A stretch of DNA of 64,000 bases from Escherichia coli (GTDB lineage Bacteria > Pseudomonadota > Gammaproteobacteria > Enterobacterales > Enterobacteriaceae): NCBI RefSeq assembly GCF_045037415.1, contig NZ_CP173438.1, one strand, 5' to 3'. Positions within the stretch are counted from its first letter, which is position 1, and each line of letters begins with the position of its first letter. Under the pieces are notes generated by a model. That model was not told the DNA's origin and did not search any database. It saw only the letters and a list, made by a program, of their open reading frames with translations. The position numbers and the translations under genes are program-made. Positions 34,472-45,739 of the stretch are shown piece by piece.

Positions 34472-37072
34472 GTGACTATAAAACCAACTAAAAATTATCA
34501 CAATCATCTGACCCGTATCGCCACGTTTTGCGCGCTGCTGTATTGCAATGGTGCTTTCTGTGCTGAACTTGTTGAATATGACCATACCTTCCTGATGGGG
34601 CAGAATGCCTCAAATATTGATCTCAGCCGGTATAGTGAAGGTAACCCCGCTATACCGGGTGTGTACGACGTTAGTGTTTATGTCAACGATCAACCTGTTA
34701 TTAACCAAAGCATTACATTTGTCGCAATTGAAGGAAAAAAGAACGCACAAGCCTGTATCACACTTAAAAATTTATTGCAGTTCCATATTAATTCTCCCGA
34801 TATAAACAGCGAAAAAGCCGTTCTGCTTGCCCGGGATGAAGCTCTCGGCAATTGCCTCAATTTGACGGAAATTATCCCTCAGGCTTCCGTTCGTTATGAC
34901 GTTAACGATCAACGTCTGGATATAGACGTTCCTCAGGCCTGGGTAATGAAAAATTACCAAAACTATGTTGATCCATCGTTATGGGAAAATGGCATTAATG
35001 CAGCCATGTTGTCATACAACCTCAACGGATATCATAGTGAAACCCCTGGTCGAAAAAATGACAGCATTTATGCTGCTTTTAACGGTGGGATGAATTTGGG
35101 TGCATGGCGGCTGCGTGCCTCAGGCAACTACAACTGGATGACCGATTCTGGCGGTAATTATGATTTTAAGAATCGGTATATACAGCGTGATATCGCCTCA
35201 CTACGCTCTCAATTCATTATTGGTGAGTCTTATACGACGGGCGAAACCTTTGATTCCGTCAGTATCCGAGGCATTCGCTTATACAGTGACAGCCGCATGT
35301 TGCCTCCGACATTAGCCAGCTTTGCGCCTATCATTCATGGCGTTGCCAATACCAACGCCAAAGTCACTATTACGCAAGGTGGCTATAAGATTTATGAAAC
35401 GACGGTGCCGCCAGGCGCTTTCGTCATTGATGATCTGAGTCCATCAGGGTACGGCAGTGATCTTATTGTTACCATCGAAGAATCCGATGGCTCAAAGCGG
35501 ACATTCTCGCAACCTTTTTCATCGGTCGTTCAAATGTTACGCCCTGGCGTTGGACGTTGGGATATTAGCGGCGGCCAGGTCTTAAAAGATGATATTCAGG
35601 ATGAGCCTAATTTATTTCAGGCCAGCTACTACTACGGTCTGAATAACTATCTGACGGGTTATACCGGTATTCAGATTACCGATAATAACTATACCGCTGG
35701 TTTGTTAGGTCTTGGTCTGAATACTTCGGTCGGTGCATTTTCTTTCGATGTGACTCACTCCAATGTTCGTATACCGGATGATAAAACATACCAGGGGCAA
35801 AGTTATCGTGTTTCCTGGAACAAGTTATTCGAAGAAACAAGTACTTCACTGAATATCGCGGCCTATCGCTATTCGACACAGAATTATCTTGGTCTTAATG
35901 ATGCACTAACTCTGATTGATGAAGTGAAACATCCAGAACAAGATCTTGAACCGAAATCCATGCGTAATTACTCGCGCATGAAAAATCAGGTTACAGTCAG
36001 TATTAACCAACCGTTGAAATTTGAAAAAAAAGATTACGGTTCTTTTTATCTTTCTGGTAGTTGGTCCGATTACTGGGCTTCCGGACAAAATCGTAGCAAT
36101 TACTCCATTGGCTACAGTAACAGTGCATCCTGGGGCAGCTACAGCATCAGTGCACAGCGTTCATGGAATGAGGACGGCGACGCTGATGATAGCGTTTATC
36201 TCAGTTTCACCATTCCTATTGAAAAATTACTTGGCACTGAACAACGTACTTCAGGTTTCCAGAGTATCGATACTCAAATGAGCAGTGACTTTAAGGGTAA
36301 TAACCAACTCAACGTCAGTAGCAGTGGCTATAGCGATAACGCTCGCGTCAGTTATAGCGTGAATACTGGCTATACGATGAATAAAGCCAGCAAAGATTTG
36401 AGTTATGTTGGGGGTTATGCCAGCTATGAATCACCGTGGGGAACTCTGGCAGGTTCAGTTTCTGCAAACAGCGATAACAGTCGTCAAGTTTCTCTCAGCA
36501 CCGACGGTGGTTTTGTATTGCATAGTGGCGGCCTGACCTTCAGTAATGACAGTTTTAGCGACTCCGATACACTGGCGGTAGTTCAGGCTCCAGGTGCTCA
36601 AGGAGCGCGAATAAATTATGGCAACAGTACTATCGATCGATGGGGTTATGGTGTCACCAGCGCTCTTTCTCCTTATCATGAAAACCGTATCGCGCTGGAT
36701 ATCAACGATCTTGAGAACGATGTTGAATTAAAAAGTACCAGTGCTGTAGCTGTGCCTCGTCAGGGTTCTGTCGTTTTTGCTGATTTTGAAACCGTGCAAG
36801 GGCAATCAGCCATTATGAACATCACACGTAGTGATGGCAAAAATATTCCATTTGCTGCAGATATTTATGATGACCAAGGCAATGTCATTGGTAATGTTGG
36901 ACAGGGTGGACAGGCTTTTGTTCGTGGTATTGAACAGCAAGGAAATATCAACATTAAATGGCTCGAAGAAAGTAAACCTGTAAGTTGTCTTGCGCATTAT
37001 CAACAAAGTTCAGAAGCAGAAAAAATAGCGCAATCTATTATTCTGAATGGAATTCGGTGTCAGATTCAGTAA
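34472..37072 (+). CDS. htrE: fimbrial outer membrane usher HtrE
   Basis: 866-aa translation; GTG start read at 34472. Confidence 0.9.
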   Translation: MTIKPTKNYHNHLTRIATFCALLYCNGAFCAELVEYDHTFLMGQNASNIDLSRYSEGNPAIPGVYDVSVYVNDQPVINQSITFVAIEGKKNAQACITLKNLLQFHINSPDINSEKAVLLARDEALGNCLNLTEIIPQASVRYDVNDQRLDIDVPQAWVMKNYQNYVDPSLWENGINAAMLSYNLNGYHSETPGRKNDSIYAAFNGGMNLGAWRLRASGNYNWMTDSGGNYDFKNRYIQRDIASLRSQFIIGESYTTGETFDSVSIRGIRLYSDSRMLPPTLASFAPIIHGVANTNAKVTITQGGYKIYETTVPPGAFVIDDLSPSGYGSDLIVTIEESDGSKRTFSQPFSSVVQMLRPGVGRWDISGGQVLKDDIQDEPNLFQASYYYGLNNYLTGYTGIQITDNNYTAGLLGLGLNTSVGAFSFDVTHSNVRIPDDKTYQGQSYRVSWNKLFEETSTSLNIAAYRYSTQNYLGLNDALTLIDEVKHPEQDLEPKSMRNYSRMKNQVTVSINQPLKFEKKDYGSFYLSGSWSDYWASGQNRSNYSIGYSNSASWGSYSISAQRSWNEDGDADDSVYLSFTIPIEKLLGTEQRTSGFQSIDTQMSSDFKGNNQLNVSSSGYSDNARVSYSVNTGYTMNKASKDLSYVGGYASYESPWGTLAGSVSANSDNSRQVSLSTDGGFVLHSGGLTFSNDSFSDSDTLAVVQAPGAQGARINYGNSTIDRWGYGVTSALSPYHENRIALDINDLENDVELKSTSAVAVPRQGSVVFADFETVQGQSAIMNITRSDGKNIPFAADIYDDQGNVIGNVGQGGQAFVRGIEQQGNINIKWLEESKPVSCLAHYQQSSEAEKIAQSIILNGIRCQIQ

Positions 37073-37091
37073 CTACAAGGGACGTCAAATG

Positions 37092-37661
37092 ATAAAAACA
37101 ACGCCACATAAAATAGCGATACTGATGGGAGTATTATTATCACCCTCAGTATTTGCAACGGATATTAATGTTGAGTTTACAGCCACTGTCAAAGCGACAA
37201 CCTGTAACATCACACTTACTGGTAATAATGTCACGAATGATGGCAATAATAACTACACTTTGAGAATCCCTAAGATGGGCCTGGATAAGATCACGAATAA
37301 AACGACAGAATCTCAGGCTGATTTTAAACTGGTTGCCAGTGGGTGCAGCAGTGGCATTAGCTGGATTGATACCACTCTGACCGGAAACGCATTATCAAGC
37401 TCATCCAAGCTTATTATACCGCTGTCTGGTGATTTATCTTCGACGACAAGTAATATCGGTATGGGTTTCAAAAAACGGACTACTGATGATGCCACTTTCC
37501 TTCAACCTAACAACAGTGCGGACAAGATACGCTGGAGCACAGAAGAAATGCAGCCCGATAAAGGTCTTGAAATGACTGTCGCGCTACGTGAAACCGCAGC
37601 AGGGCAAGGCGTGCCGGGGATTTTTCGCGCCCTGGCGACGTTTAATTTCATCTATCAATAA
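37092..37661 (+). CDS. yadM: fimbrial-like protein YadM
   Basis: ORF 37047..37661; start moved to MIKTTPHKIAILMGVLLS signal peptide (189 aa). Confidence 0.8.
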   Translation: MKTTPHKIAILMGVLLSPSVFATDINVEFTATVKATTCNITLTGNNVTNDGNNNYTLRIPKMGLDKITNKTTESQADFKLVASGCSSGISWIDTTLTGNALSSSSKLIIPLSGDLSSTTSNIGMGFKKRTTDDATFLQPNNSADKIRWSTEEMQPDKGLEMTVALRETAAGQGVPGIFRALATFNFIYQ

Positions 37662-37675
37662 GAAGGATAATTAAG

Positions 37676-38278
37676 ATGACATTTAAAAATTTACGTTATG
37701 GATTATCCAGCAGTGTCGTTTTGGCTGCCTCATTGTTCAGCGTACCCTCTTATGCGGCAACTGACAGCATTGGGCTGACCGTGATTACCACCGTAGAAAT
37801 GGGTACTTGTACCGCTACATTAGTAAATGACTCTGATCAGGACATTTCTGTTGTTGATTTTGGTGATGTATATATTTCTGAAATCAATGCCAAGACCAAA
37901 GTAAAAACATTCAAACTCAAATTCAAAGACTGTGCGGGTATCCCCAATAAAAAAGCGCAAATAAAATTAACCAAGCGAGCCACATGCGAGGGGACTGCTA
38001 ATGACGGTGCAGGGTTCGCAAATGGTTCCACAGCCACAGATAAAGCAAGTGCCGTCGCCGTTGAAGTCTGGAGCACCGAAACTCCGGCAACAGGGAGAGC
38101 AACACAATTTAGTTGTGTGACACCAGCATCTCAAGAGGTAACTATTTCCACTGCTGCCAATGCGGTTGTTTATTACCCGATGAGTGCTCGCCTGGTCGTT
38201 GAAAAAAATAAAACCGTAAGTAATGTCACTGCAGGTAAATTTTCTGCACCTGCCACATTTACAGTAACCTATAACTAA
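37676..38278 (+). CDS. yadL: fimbrial-like protein YadL
   Basis: 200-aa translation, signal peptide, pilin C-terminus ...ATFTVTYN. Confidence 0.8.
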   Translation: MTFKNLRYGLSSSVVLAASLFSVPSYAATDSIGLTVITTVEMGTCTATLVNDSDQDISVVDFGDVYISEINAKTKVKTFKLKFKDCAGIPNKKAQIKLTKRATCEGTANDGAGFANGSTATDKASAVAVEVWSTETPATGRATQFSCVTPASQEVTISTAANAVVYYPMSARLVVEKNKTVSNVTAGKFSAPATFTVTYN

Positions 38279-38304
38279 CAGACTGACAGATTCAGGAACT
38301 ATAT

Positions 38305-38901
38305 ATGCATCCCACTCAACGTAAGCTGATGAAGAGAATAATTCTGTTTCTGTCATTACTGTTTCCCATTACCTGTCCAGCGATCGCTGGACAGGATATT
38401 GACCTTGTTGCTAATGTAAAAAACAGCACTTGCAAAAGCGGAATCAGTAACCAGGGTAATATTGATCTTGGTGTCGTTGGGGTGGGATATTTTTCAGGTA
38501 ATGTTACTCCTGAAAGCTATCAACCAGGTGGAAAAGAGTTCACTGTCACTGTCTCAGACTGTGCATTACAGGGAACTGGCGATGTGCTAAATCAGTTACA
38601 TATTGATTTTAGAGCCCTTAGCGGTGTCATGGCTGCAGGCTCCAGGCAAATATTTGCCAATGAAGTGACAACCGGGGCTAAAAATGTCGGTGTCGTTCTC
38701 TTTTCCATTCAGGACCCGGCCAATATATTCAATGTTCTTAGTTCAGCGGGAAATTCTCGTTCAATCTATCCAGTAATGACTTCTGCCCTGAATAATTCGT
38801 CATGGAAATTTTATGCCAGAATGCAAAAAATCGATCCCGCGCTGGATGTCATATCTGGCCAGGTGATGAGTCATATATTAGTTGATGTGCACTACGAATA
38901 A
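38305..38901 (+). CDS. yadK: fimbrial-like protein YadK
   Basis: 198-aa translation, signal peptide, conserved order. Confidence 0.8.
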   Translation: MHPTQRKLMKRIILFLSLLFPITCPAIAGQDIDLVANVKNSTCKSGISNQGNIDLGVVGVGYFSGNVTPESYQPGGKEFTVTVSDCALQGTGDVLNQLHIDFRALSGVMAAGSRQIFANEVTTGAKNVGVVLFSIQDPANIFNVLSSAGNSRSIYPVMTSALNNSSWKFYARMQKIDPALDVISGQVMSHILVDVHYE

Positions 38902-38952
38902 TATATCAAAACAAACGACTGCTATTATGACAGCAGCGAATAGTGGGTAATC

Positions 38953-40206
38953 ATGAAGACATTCTTCAAATACTTTGTTTTTTTAGTACTATCCTGCTCT
39001 TGCTTTACAGCGATTAGTAAGGATACAAGTTTTCTTGTTGGTAACAATGCCGGGGTAGGCGATGGTAATTTCAACGGCCCGAGCACTGCGGCTCAGGTCA
39101 CTTTTAGATATGCATCAACAACCAATAATTTAGTTTTTTATAAACCTACTCAACTTGGCCCGACAGGTGTTAAATTACGCTGGGAACAATTAGATACAGC
39201 CAGCGGTGGCGGTTTTCTTTACTGTAATGCCTCTGACAGGGCAAATCCAGATGGACTAATGGATATTGAAAATGCCATGGCTGATTCTGGTAAAACCTAT
39301 GGTGGACATAAGTTATTTAAAACCTCTGTCCCAGGCTTGTATTACACTCTATTTATTGCAAAACTTTGGTCTGCATATTCAACAAAAACAACTATTAGCG
39401 ACTCTGGTTTATATATTGGAGATACCACACCACAAAAATTCCAGTGGATCATCACAGACCCTGATCTACAACATATCGGCTGCGATAACGCGATGCGGTA
39501 CGATAGATTCTGGGCCATCGGCGGTGTTGTACACGATCTTACGATTGAATTTTATACTGATACCGATTTTAACCCTACAACAAACCAGGACGTATCATTG
39601 TCCAGTAATTCGACATATCTTTATGCGTTTAAGGCCTACAGTCCCGGTTCTCGTGTTGTTGATCACAGCCATCACCTTTATATCGACTTTGATCTACTCA
39701 ATGTTAAATTAACTAACCCCACCTGCTTTACTGCTGTACTTACCGGAAAATCAGTAAGTGGTTCGACGGTAAAAATGGGAGAATATGCACCAGGGCAGAT
39801 TAAAAATGGTGCTACTCCGGTTCCTTTTGATATTTCTCTCCAGAACTGTGTTCGCGTTGGCGATATAGAGACAAAGCTATCTTCAGGGAAGCTGGGTACA
39901 GAAAATAAGCAACTCCTGGGTAACACTCTTACTGGAAGCGGCGCAGCAAAAGGCGTTGCGGTATTGATTGAAGGATTAGCAAACAGAAAAAGTGCCCTAA
40001 TGATACTGAAACCGAATGATTCAACTTCTGTTTATAAAGATAATACGGGTCAGGCTCAGGATCACGATTCAGATGCAATTTACCCAGAAGATCAAGGTAT
40101 AACATATCCACTTCATTTCCAGGCGACGTTAAAGCAAGACGGAAATATTGCTATCGAACCAGGAGAATTTAAAGCCACCAGTACTTTCCAGGTAACCTAT
40201 CCCTGA
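38953..40206 (+). CDS. yadC: fimbrial tip adhesin-like protein YadC
   Basis: 417-aa translation ending ...[10 protein letters not shown]; last gene of the yad operon. Confidence 0.8.
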   Translation: MKTFFKYFVFLVLSCSCFTAISKDTSFLVGNNAGVGDGNFNGPSTAAQVTFRYASTTNNLVFYKPTQLGPTGVKLRWEQLDTASGGGFLYCNASDRANPDGLMDIENAMADSGKTYGGHKLFKTSVPGLYYTLFIAKLWSAYSTKTTISDSGLYIGDTTPQKFQWIITDPDLQHIGCDNAMRYDRFWAIGGVVHDLTIEFYTDTDFNPTTNQDVSLSSNSTYLYAFKAYSPGSRVVDHSHHLYIDFDLLNVKLTNPTCFTAVLTGKSVSGSTVKMGEYAPGQIKNGATPVPFDISLQNCVRVGDIETKLSSGKLGTENKQLLGNTLTGSGAAKGVAVLIEGLANRKSALMILKPNDSTSVYKDNTGQAQDHDSDAIYPEDQGITYPLHFQATLKQDGNIAIEPGEFKATSTFQVTYP

Positions 40207-40318
40207 TAACATTGTGGCACCGTCTGGTAATGGCGGTGCCACAATAGATAAATCATTGCCCCCACCAATGTGGCTGATAAAATGCCAGACAGCACGACAT
40301 TACTTATCAGGATACGTT

Positions 40319-41113
40319 ATGAAACCAACCACTATTGCTTCATTGCAAAAATGCAAACAAGAAAAAAAACGTTTCGCGACCATCACTGCTTACGATTATA
40401 GCTTCGCAAAACTGTTTGCCGAAGAAGGACTTAACGTCATGCTGGTCGGCGATTCTCTGGGCATGACGGTTCAGGGGCATGACTCCACGCTACCGGTTAC
40501 CGTTGCTGATATCGCCTACCACACTGCCGCCGTGCGTCGCGGCGCGCCAAACTGCCTTCTGTTAGCAGACCTGCCATTTATGGCGTATGCCACGCCGGAA
40601 CAAGCCTTTGAAAACGCCGCAACGGTAATGCGTGCCGGAGCCAACATGGTCAAAATTGAAGGCGGTGAGTGGCTGGTAGAAACCGTACAAATGCTGACCG
40701 AACGTGCCGTTCCAGTTTGTGGTCATTTAGGCCTAACCCCACAGTCAGTAAATATTTTCGGTGGCTACAAAGTCCAGGGGCGCGGCGATGAAGCGGCCGA
40801 TCGACTGCTCAGCGATGCATTAGCCTTAGAAGCTGCTGGGGCACAACTGCTGGTACTGGAGTGCGTGCCGGTTGAACTGGCGAAACGCATTACCGAAGCA
40901 CTGGCGATCCCGGTTATCGGTATTGGCGCAGGCAACGTCACTGACGGGCAAATCCTCGTGATGCACGACGCGTTCGGCATTACCGGCGGTCATATTCCTA
41001 AATTCGCCAAAAATTTCCTCGCCGAAACGGGCGACATCCGCGCGGCTGTGCGGCAGTATATGGCTGAAGTGGAGTCCGGCGTTTATCCGGGCGAAGAACA
41101 CAGTTTCCATTGA
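40319..41113 (+). CDS. panB: 3-methyl-2-oxobutanoate hydroxymethyltransferase
   Basis: ORF 40214..41113; start moved to [11 protein letters not shown] (264 aa). Confidence 0.95.
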   Translation: MKPTTIASLQKCKQEKKRFATITAYDYSFAKLFAEEGLNVMLVGDSLGMTVQGHDSTLPVTVADIAYHTAAVRRGAPNCLLLADLPFMAYATPEQAFENAATVMRAGANMVKIEGGEWLVETVQMLTERAVPVCGHLGLTPQSVNIFGGYKVQGRGDEAADRLLSDALALEAAGAQLLVLECVPVELAKRITEALAIPVIGIGAGNVTDGQILVMHDAFGITGGHIPKFAKNFLAETGDIRAAVRQYMAEVESGVYPGEEHSFH

Positions 41114-41124
41114 GGAGTGACGTT

Positions 41125-41976
41125 GTGTTAATTATCGAAACCCTGCCGCTGCTGCGTCAGCAAATCCGCCGCCTGCGTATGGAAGGTAAGCGCGTGGCGC
41201 TGGTGCCCACCATGGGTAACCTGCACGACGGCCATATGAAGCTGGTCGACGAAGCCAAAGCCCGCGCCGATGTGGTCGTCGTCAGTATTTTCGTTAACCC
41301 AATGCAGTTTGACCGCCCGGAAGATCTGGCACGTTATCCACGGACCTTGCAAGAGGACTGCGAAAAGCTGAACAAACGTAAAGTGGATTTAGTTTTCGCG
41401 CCTTCGGTAAAAGAGATCTACCCGAACGGTACAGAAACCCACACCTATGTTGATGTTCCTGGTCTTTCCACCATGCTGGAAGGTGCCAGCCGTCCGGGAC
41501 ATTTTCGCGGCGTTTCGACTATTGTCAGCAAGCTGTTCAACCTGGTCCAGCCGGACATCGCTTGCTTCGGCGAAAAGGACTTTCAGCAACTGGCGCTGAT
41601 CCGCAAAATGGTTGCCGATATGGGCTTTGATATTGAGATTATCGGCGTACCGATTATGCGCGCCAAAGACGGTCTGGCGCTGAGTTCCCGTAACGGTTAT
41701 CTGACGGCGGAACAACGCAAAATTGCGCCCGGTCTGTACAAGGTTTTAAGTTCGATTGCCGACAAATTGCAGGCTGGCGAACGGGATCTCGATGAAATTA
41801 TTGCCATTGCCGGGCAAGAACTGAATGAAAAAGGCTTCCGCGCCGATGATATTCAGATTCGTGATGCCGACACATTGCTGGAAGTCTCTGAAAACAGCAA
41901 ACGCGCAGTGATTCTGGTAGCCGCCTGGCTTGGCGATGCTCGCCTGATCGACAACAAAATGGTCGAACTGGCGTAA
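41125..41976 (+). CDS. panC: pantothenate synthetase
   Basis: ORF 41110..41976; GTG at 41125 gives the known (M)[12 protein letters not shown]-terminus, 283 aa. Confidence 0.9.
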   Translation: MLIIETLPLLRQQIRRLRMEGKRVALVPTMGNLHDGHMKLVDEAKARADVVVVSIFVNPMQFDRPEDLARYPRTLQEDCEKLNKRKVDLVFAPSVKEIYPNGTETHTYVDVPGLSTMLEGASRPGHFRGVSTIVSKLFNLVQPDIACFGEKDFQQLALIRKMVADMGFDIEIIGVPIMRAKDGLALSSRNGYLTAEQRKIAPGLYKVLSSIADKLQAGERDLDEIIAIAGQELNEKGFRADDIQIRDADTLLEVSENSKRAVILVAAWLGDARLIDNKMVELA

Positions 41977-42057
41977 TGCTTAACTGGCGCTACGGCTGAT
42001 GGCGCCAGCTATTCATTGCCACGTTATCTGTAAGCGATTATTCATAACGCAGACAAC

Positions 42058-42255
42058 TTAGTTAATCATTTTATCAATCTCAGCAAGAGGTAAATTTGCC
42101 ATCTCTGCAACGTCTTCCCGAGACATTCCTTTACTCAGAAGACGCAGGGCCAGTCTTACCTTCTGGAGTCCCTCTTTATATCCCTTCTGAAATCCCTTCT
42201 CTTCAAACCACTGCGCCAACGTCTGCCTGGTTTCTCTCCGTGTCTTTATTTCCAT
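42058..42255 (-). CDS. 65-aa ORF paralogous to the C-terminal tail of the adjacent Rpn nuclease (possible free-standing Rpn tail / RpnS-like small protein)
   Basis: Translation ...TLAQWFEEKG...LALRLLSKGMSREDVAEMANLPLAEIDKMIN aligns with the last ~65 aa of the 306-aa RpnC-like protein; 78-nt DNA segment 42073..42150 matches 42339..42416 at 75/78. Confidence 0.4.
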   Translation of the reverse strand: MEIKTRRETRQTLAQWFEEKGFQKGYKEGLQKVRLALRLLSKGMSREDVAEMANLPLAEIDKMIN

Positions 42256-42323
42256 ATGTTCCCTTAATTATCTGGTCAGTTAACAATAACAATTATCTGG
42301 CTATAACTGATAATGCAGATAAC

Positions 42324-43244
42324 TTAGCTAATCAGCTTATCAACCTCAGCAAGAGGTAAATTTGCCATCTCTGCAACGTCTTCCCGAGACATCCCTTTAC
42401 TCAGAAAACGCAGGGCGAATTCCTGTCTTACTTCCTGTCTAACCTCTTGTATTACCTCCTGTCTTACCTCCTGTCTTACCTCCTGCCTTCCCCTCTCTTC
42501 AAACCACTGCGCCAGCGTCATCATAGACTCCCCTCCCGTTTCCCTGTCTCGCAACACACCATAAAACAAATCCGCTTGTTCAGTATGACCGCGTTGCAGC
42601 ATATAGTTTTGCATGGCAACTAACTGACTTCCGCTAGTGTACCCTTCGTCAATCAGCGTGACCAGTTGCTCCAGCAATAACATTAAGTCGCGCTGGCGAA
42701 TATGCTTTTGCAGTAGTTCGAGAATCGCAATCCGCCGGTGCTGCATGATTTCGTCATCCGGCGTGATGGTGATATCCACCAGCGGGAAAGGGTTGTTGTA
42801 AACGCGTCGCGCCAGCTCCGGCGAGTAAAACATATCAAACCAGCACATTGAGAGCGGATAAGGTGTGGCCTCGCCCTGATAAAACAGAATCGGCACCACC
42901 AGCGGCAGCTTATCGTGATCCGCCTCCAGATGCCGGTGCATGGCGGCAATGGCATAGCGCATCATGCGAAAGGTCATTTTCTTATCCGGCTTGCTTTGGT
43001 GTTCAATCACAACATGCAGATAACCCGTACTACCCTGCATCTGTACGGAATAGAGCACGTCAGTGCTGTGCCCTTTCAGGCTTTCTTCAATAAAACTCCC
43101 CGACTCAAGATGCAGCGTGTCGAGGTCACACAGTTCGCGTAGCTCCGCTGGCAAATGGATATCCAGAAAGTCGCGAGCCGTTTCCGCATGCATTAAAAAT
43201 TGTTTAAACACCGCATCATGCGGTGTGGTACTCGGTGCATCCAT
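42324..43244 (-). CDS. rpnC: recombination-promoting nuclease RpnC-like (YhgA/transposase_31 family, PD-(D/E)XK)
   Basis: 306-aa translation; position between panC and panD matches yadD/rpnC of K-12; C-terminal RQEV tandem repeats. Confidence 0.8.
   Translation of the reverse strand: MDAPSTTPHDAVFKQFLMHAETARDFLDIHLPAELRELCDLDTLHLESGSFIEESLKGHSTDVLYSVQMQGSTGYLHVVIEHQSKPDKKMTFRMMRYAIAAMHRHLEADHDKLPLVVPILFYQGEATPYPLSMCWFDMFYSPELARRVYNNPFPLVDITITPDDEIMQHRRIAILELLQKHIRQRDLMLLLEQLVTLIDEGYTSGSQLVAMQNYMLQRGHTEQADLFYGVLRDRETGGESMMTLAQWFEERGRQEVRQEVRQEVIQEVRQEVRQEFALRFLSKGMSREDVAEMANLPLAEVDKLIS
42421..42492 (-). repeat. six tandem 12-nt units (tcctgtcttacc-like) inside rpnC 3' region encoding (RQEV)n
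   Basis: Read directly: tcctgtcttact tcctgtctaacc tcttgtattacc tcctgtcttacc tcctgtcttacc tcctgccttccc. Confidence 0.85.
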
Positions 43245-43517
43245 CTCCCCTGCCTTCCGTGTTGTCTTGCGTGAAGGCAGTATCCAGTCAAGGTGTGCCG
43301 TCGTCAGCCGCCTCTTTAGTGTTTACCGAGCAGCGTTCAGATAAATTTCAATTGGTTACAGGCGTTACATGGCACGCTTCGGCACGGTACGCAAACTGCT
43401 GATGCAAATGCCGTCAGATGAGTAGACACTAAACAAAAATCGGGCAATACTGCGTGAGAATTTCCTCAAAGCAGGCATCGCCTGCTTCGTTAACGACAGG
43501 GTAGAAAGGTAGAAGTT

Positions 43518-43898
43518 ATGATTCGCACGATGCTGCAGGGCAAACTCCACCGCGTGAAAGTGACTCATGCGGACCTGCACTATGAAGGTTCTTGCGCCAT
43601 TGATCAGGATTTTCTTGACGCAGCCGGTATTCTCGAAAACGAAGCCATTGATATCTGGAATGTTACCAACGGCAAGCGTTTCTCCACCTATGCCATCGCG
43701 GCAGAACGCGGTTCGAGAATTATTTCTGTCAACGGTGCGGCGGCCCACTGCGCCAGCGTCGGCGATATTGTCATCATCGCCAGCTTCGTTACCATGCCAG
43801 ATGAAGAAGCTCGCACCTGGCGACCCAACGTCGCCTATTTTGAAGGCGACAACGAAATGAAACGTACCGCGAAAGCGATTCCGGTACAGGTTGCCTGA
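43518..43898 (+). CDS. panD: aspartate 1-decarboxylase proenzyme
   Basis: 126-aa translation ([29 protein letters not shown]...), pyruvoyl self-cleavage site G-S present. Confidence 0.95.
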
Positions 43899-43901
43899 TT
43901 G

Positions 43902-45131
43902 TTATCCCTGCGGCTGGTTACTCACCAGCCGCGACATCGTCTCCAGCGAATCTGTTCTTAAGATATAAAGTCGTTTTAGTAACAACGGATTATCCCCCGG
44001 TTTTACTTTGCCTTTCATGGTCGTCACAGCCAGGTGAAATCCGGCTTCTTTTGCTGCCTTCACGGCTTTGTCATTAAATCCGCCAAATGGATAAGAAAGA
44101 TACAAAACATGTGGATTAAATTGCGCCAGAGCGCGGCGTGAACGTGCAAAATCAAACAGAATATTGTGCTCACTACGGCTCAGCAATATAGGCCGCCGAT
44201 AACCATCTATCCGATGCAAAAAATGAGTATGTGACTGGAAATCAAATACATCGCGAATTTCGTTAAGTTCAGAAACGCTCATAAATTGCAGCGATTTTGG
44301 GTTCCATTTCTGCGGGTGACGTTTGATGCGCGAGGTAACAATAAACGCCGTCGCCTTCATGCCATATTGTTTCAACACAGGATACGCATAGCGGCTCACC
44401 GACTTGAGGCCATCATCAAAGGTAATCACCACCGCTCGCGCAGGGAGATTGATCTTATTCTTCACGTAACCTTCCAGCTGCGCCATGCTCAGTGTCGCGT
44501 ATCCCCTGTCGCGCAGCCAGGCCATCTGGTTATTGAAAGCGCGTACCGAGGTGGTCGTCGAAGTATGGCGAAAACGGGTGTTTTCTTCATCGCGCAAAAT
44601 ATGGTGATAGGTTAGCACCGGCAGGCCATTATCGGGTTGGGCATCCAGCGCGCTGATATAGGCCAGTCGATCGCCAATACGGATCTGATACCAGGTTTGA
44701 TTTAACCTGTCTTTCAGTTTATGCAAAATCGGGTAGCGCAAATTGTCCGCCAGTACTCCAAATGGCGCACTGCCCACACTCGGCGCGTTATAGACCTGCG
44801 TATCTTTCCAGGTAACTAAGTTCTGATTACTCAGCGGCTTGTTGAGGTCACCCAAACCGTCTTCAACTTTTTGTCGCCCCTGAACCGGCTCGAGATGCCC
44901 TTTATCGATAAACCCTTTGCCAAGGCCAAAATTAAATACGTAATAACTTGCGGCAGTGGGCTCCACGGCAATGATTTGTCCGGCCCGAATATTCCCCACC
45001 GTCACCATCTTGTCACCAATTTGCGCCCAGACCGCGGCATTTTCGATGGTTTGCATATAACGGGCAGGTAACGCGGCACTGACACTTGCGGTAAACAGCA
45101 TCAGCAGGAGAATAACAGCTTGTTTGTACAT
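43902..45131 (-). CDS. yadE: polysaccharide deacetylase family protein YadE
   Basis: 409-aa translation with signal peptide, NodB-type deacetylase region. Confidence 0.85.
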   Translation of the reverse strand: MYKQAVILLLMLFTASVSAALPARYMQTIENAAVWAQIGDKMVTVGNIRAGQIIAVEPTAASYYVFNFGLGKGFIDKGHLEPVQGRQKVEDGLGDLNKPLSNQNLVTWKDTQVYNAPSVGSAPFGVLADNLRYPILHKLKDRLNQTWYQIRIGDRLAYISALDAQPDNGLPVLTYHHILRDEENTRFRHTSTTTSVRAFNNQMAWLRDRGYATLSMAQLEGYVKNKINLPARAVVITFDDGLKSVSRYAYPVLKQYGMKATAFIVTSRIKRHPQKWNPKSLQFMSVSELNEIRDVFDFQSHTHFLHRIDGYRRPILLSRSEHNILFDFARSRRALAQFNPHVLYLSYPFGGFNDKAVKAAKEAGFHLAVTTMKGKVKPGDNPLLLKRLYILRTDSLETMSRLVSNQPQG

Positions 45132-45194
45132 GAAAAAATAACCGAGGGTGAAACAACGCTTTTATTGTAGCAAAAGCGTCATCAGAATCGCGGG

Positions 45195-45635
45195 TTAATA
45201 CTCATACAAATTATGTTTGAGGACGAAAGGCGGATTTTTTTGTTGCTGGTGCCAAAGACTACTCACCTCCGGCGCACCCAGTTCGACAATACGCTCGCGA
45301 AACGCTGAACTGGTCATGGTTTCACGGCAAGCCATCATCTGTTCAATTAACGGTAACGTGACACCAGAAATCACTTCGCAACGGGAGTGTTTGTGGCTTA
45401 ATAATGAAGCCACGCGGTACGGTGGCGCTCCGGCTATATCGGTTAAGAAAATAACGCCTTCACCAGAGTCCGTTTCATGCAAGGCATCGCACATCATGCG
45501 GCTGAGCATATTAGAGCTTAATCCGCGCCAGAAATTCACGGCCCGGCACTGAAGAAGTGCCCCATGTTTTTTCTCCAGCGCATCCAGTATCTCTTGCGCC
45601 CGGTCATCGTGACAGGTAATTACCCAACCTAACAT
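45195..45635 (-). CDS. yadI: PTS EIIA (mannose family)-like protein YadI
   Basis: 146-aa translation (MLGWVITCHDDRAQE...). Confidence 0.85.
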   Translation of the reverse strand: MLGWVITCHDDRAQEILDALEKKHGALLQCRAVNFWRGLSSNMLSRMMCDALHETDSGEGVIFLTDIAGAPPYRVASLLSHKHSRCEVISGVTLPLIEQMMACRETMTSSAFRERIVELGAPEVSSLWHQQQKNPPFVLKHNLYEY

Positions 45636-45739
45636 CGCCTTCCTCCTTAGCCGAAAATCAGTCTACCCTGACCATTGTTGATAAAGGGTGATAGCCGTCA
45701 AAACTCCTCTCCCCCAAATCCAGAGGAGAGGAAATAGCC

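Noticed and set aside
41984-42008. Hairpin after panC (ctggcgc ... gcgccag)
   Set aside because: Only a 7-bp stem with an 11-nt loop and no T-tract; too weak to call a terminator.
42421-42492. Possible CRISPR-like array (regular short repeats)
   Set aside because: Units are contiguous 12-mers without spacers, in-frame inside rpnC; they encode a peptide repeat. No cas genes in the window.
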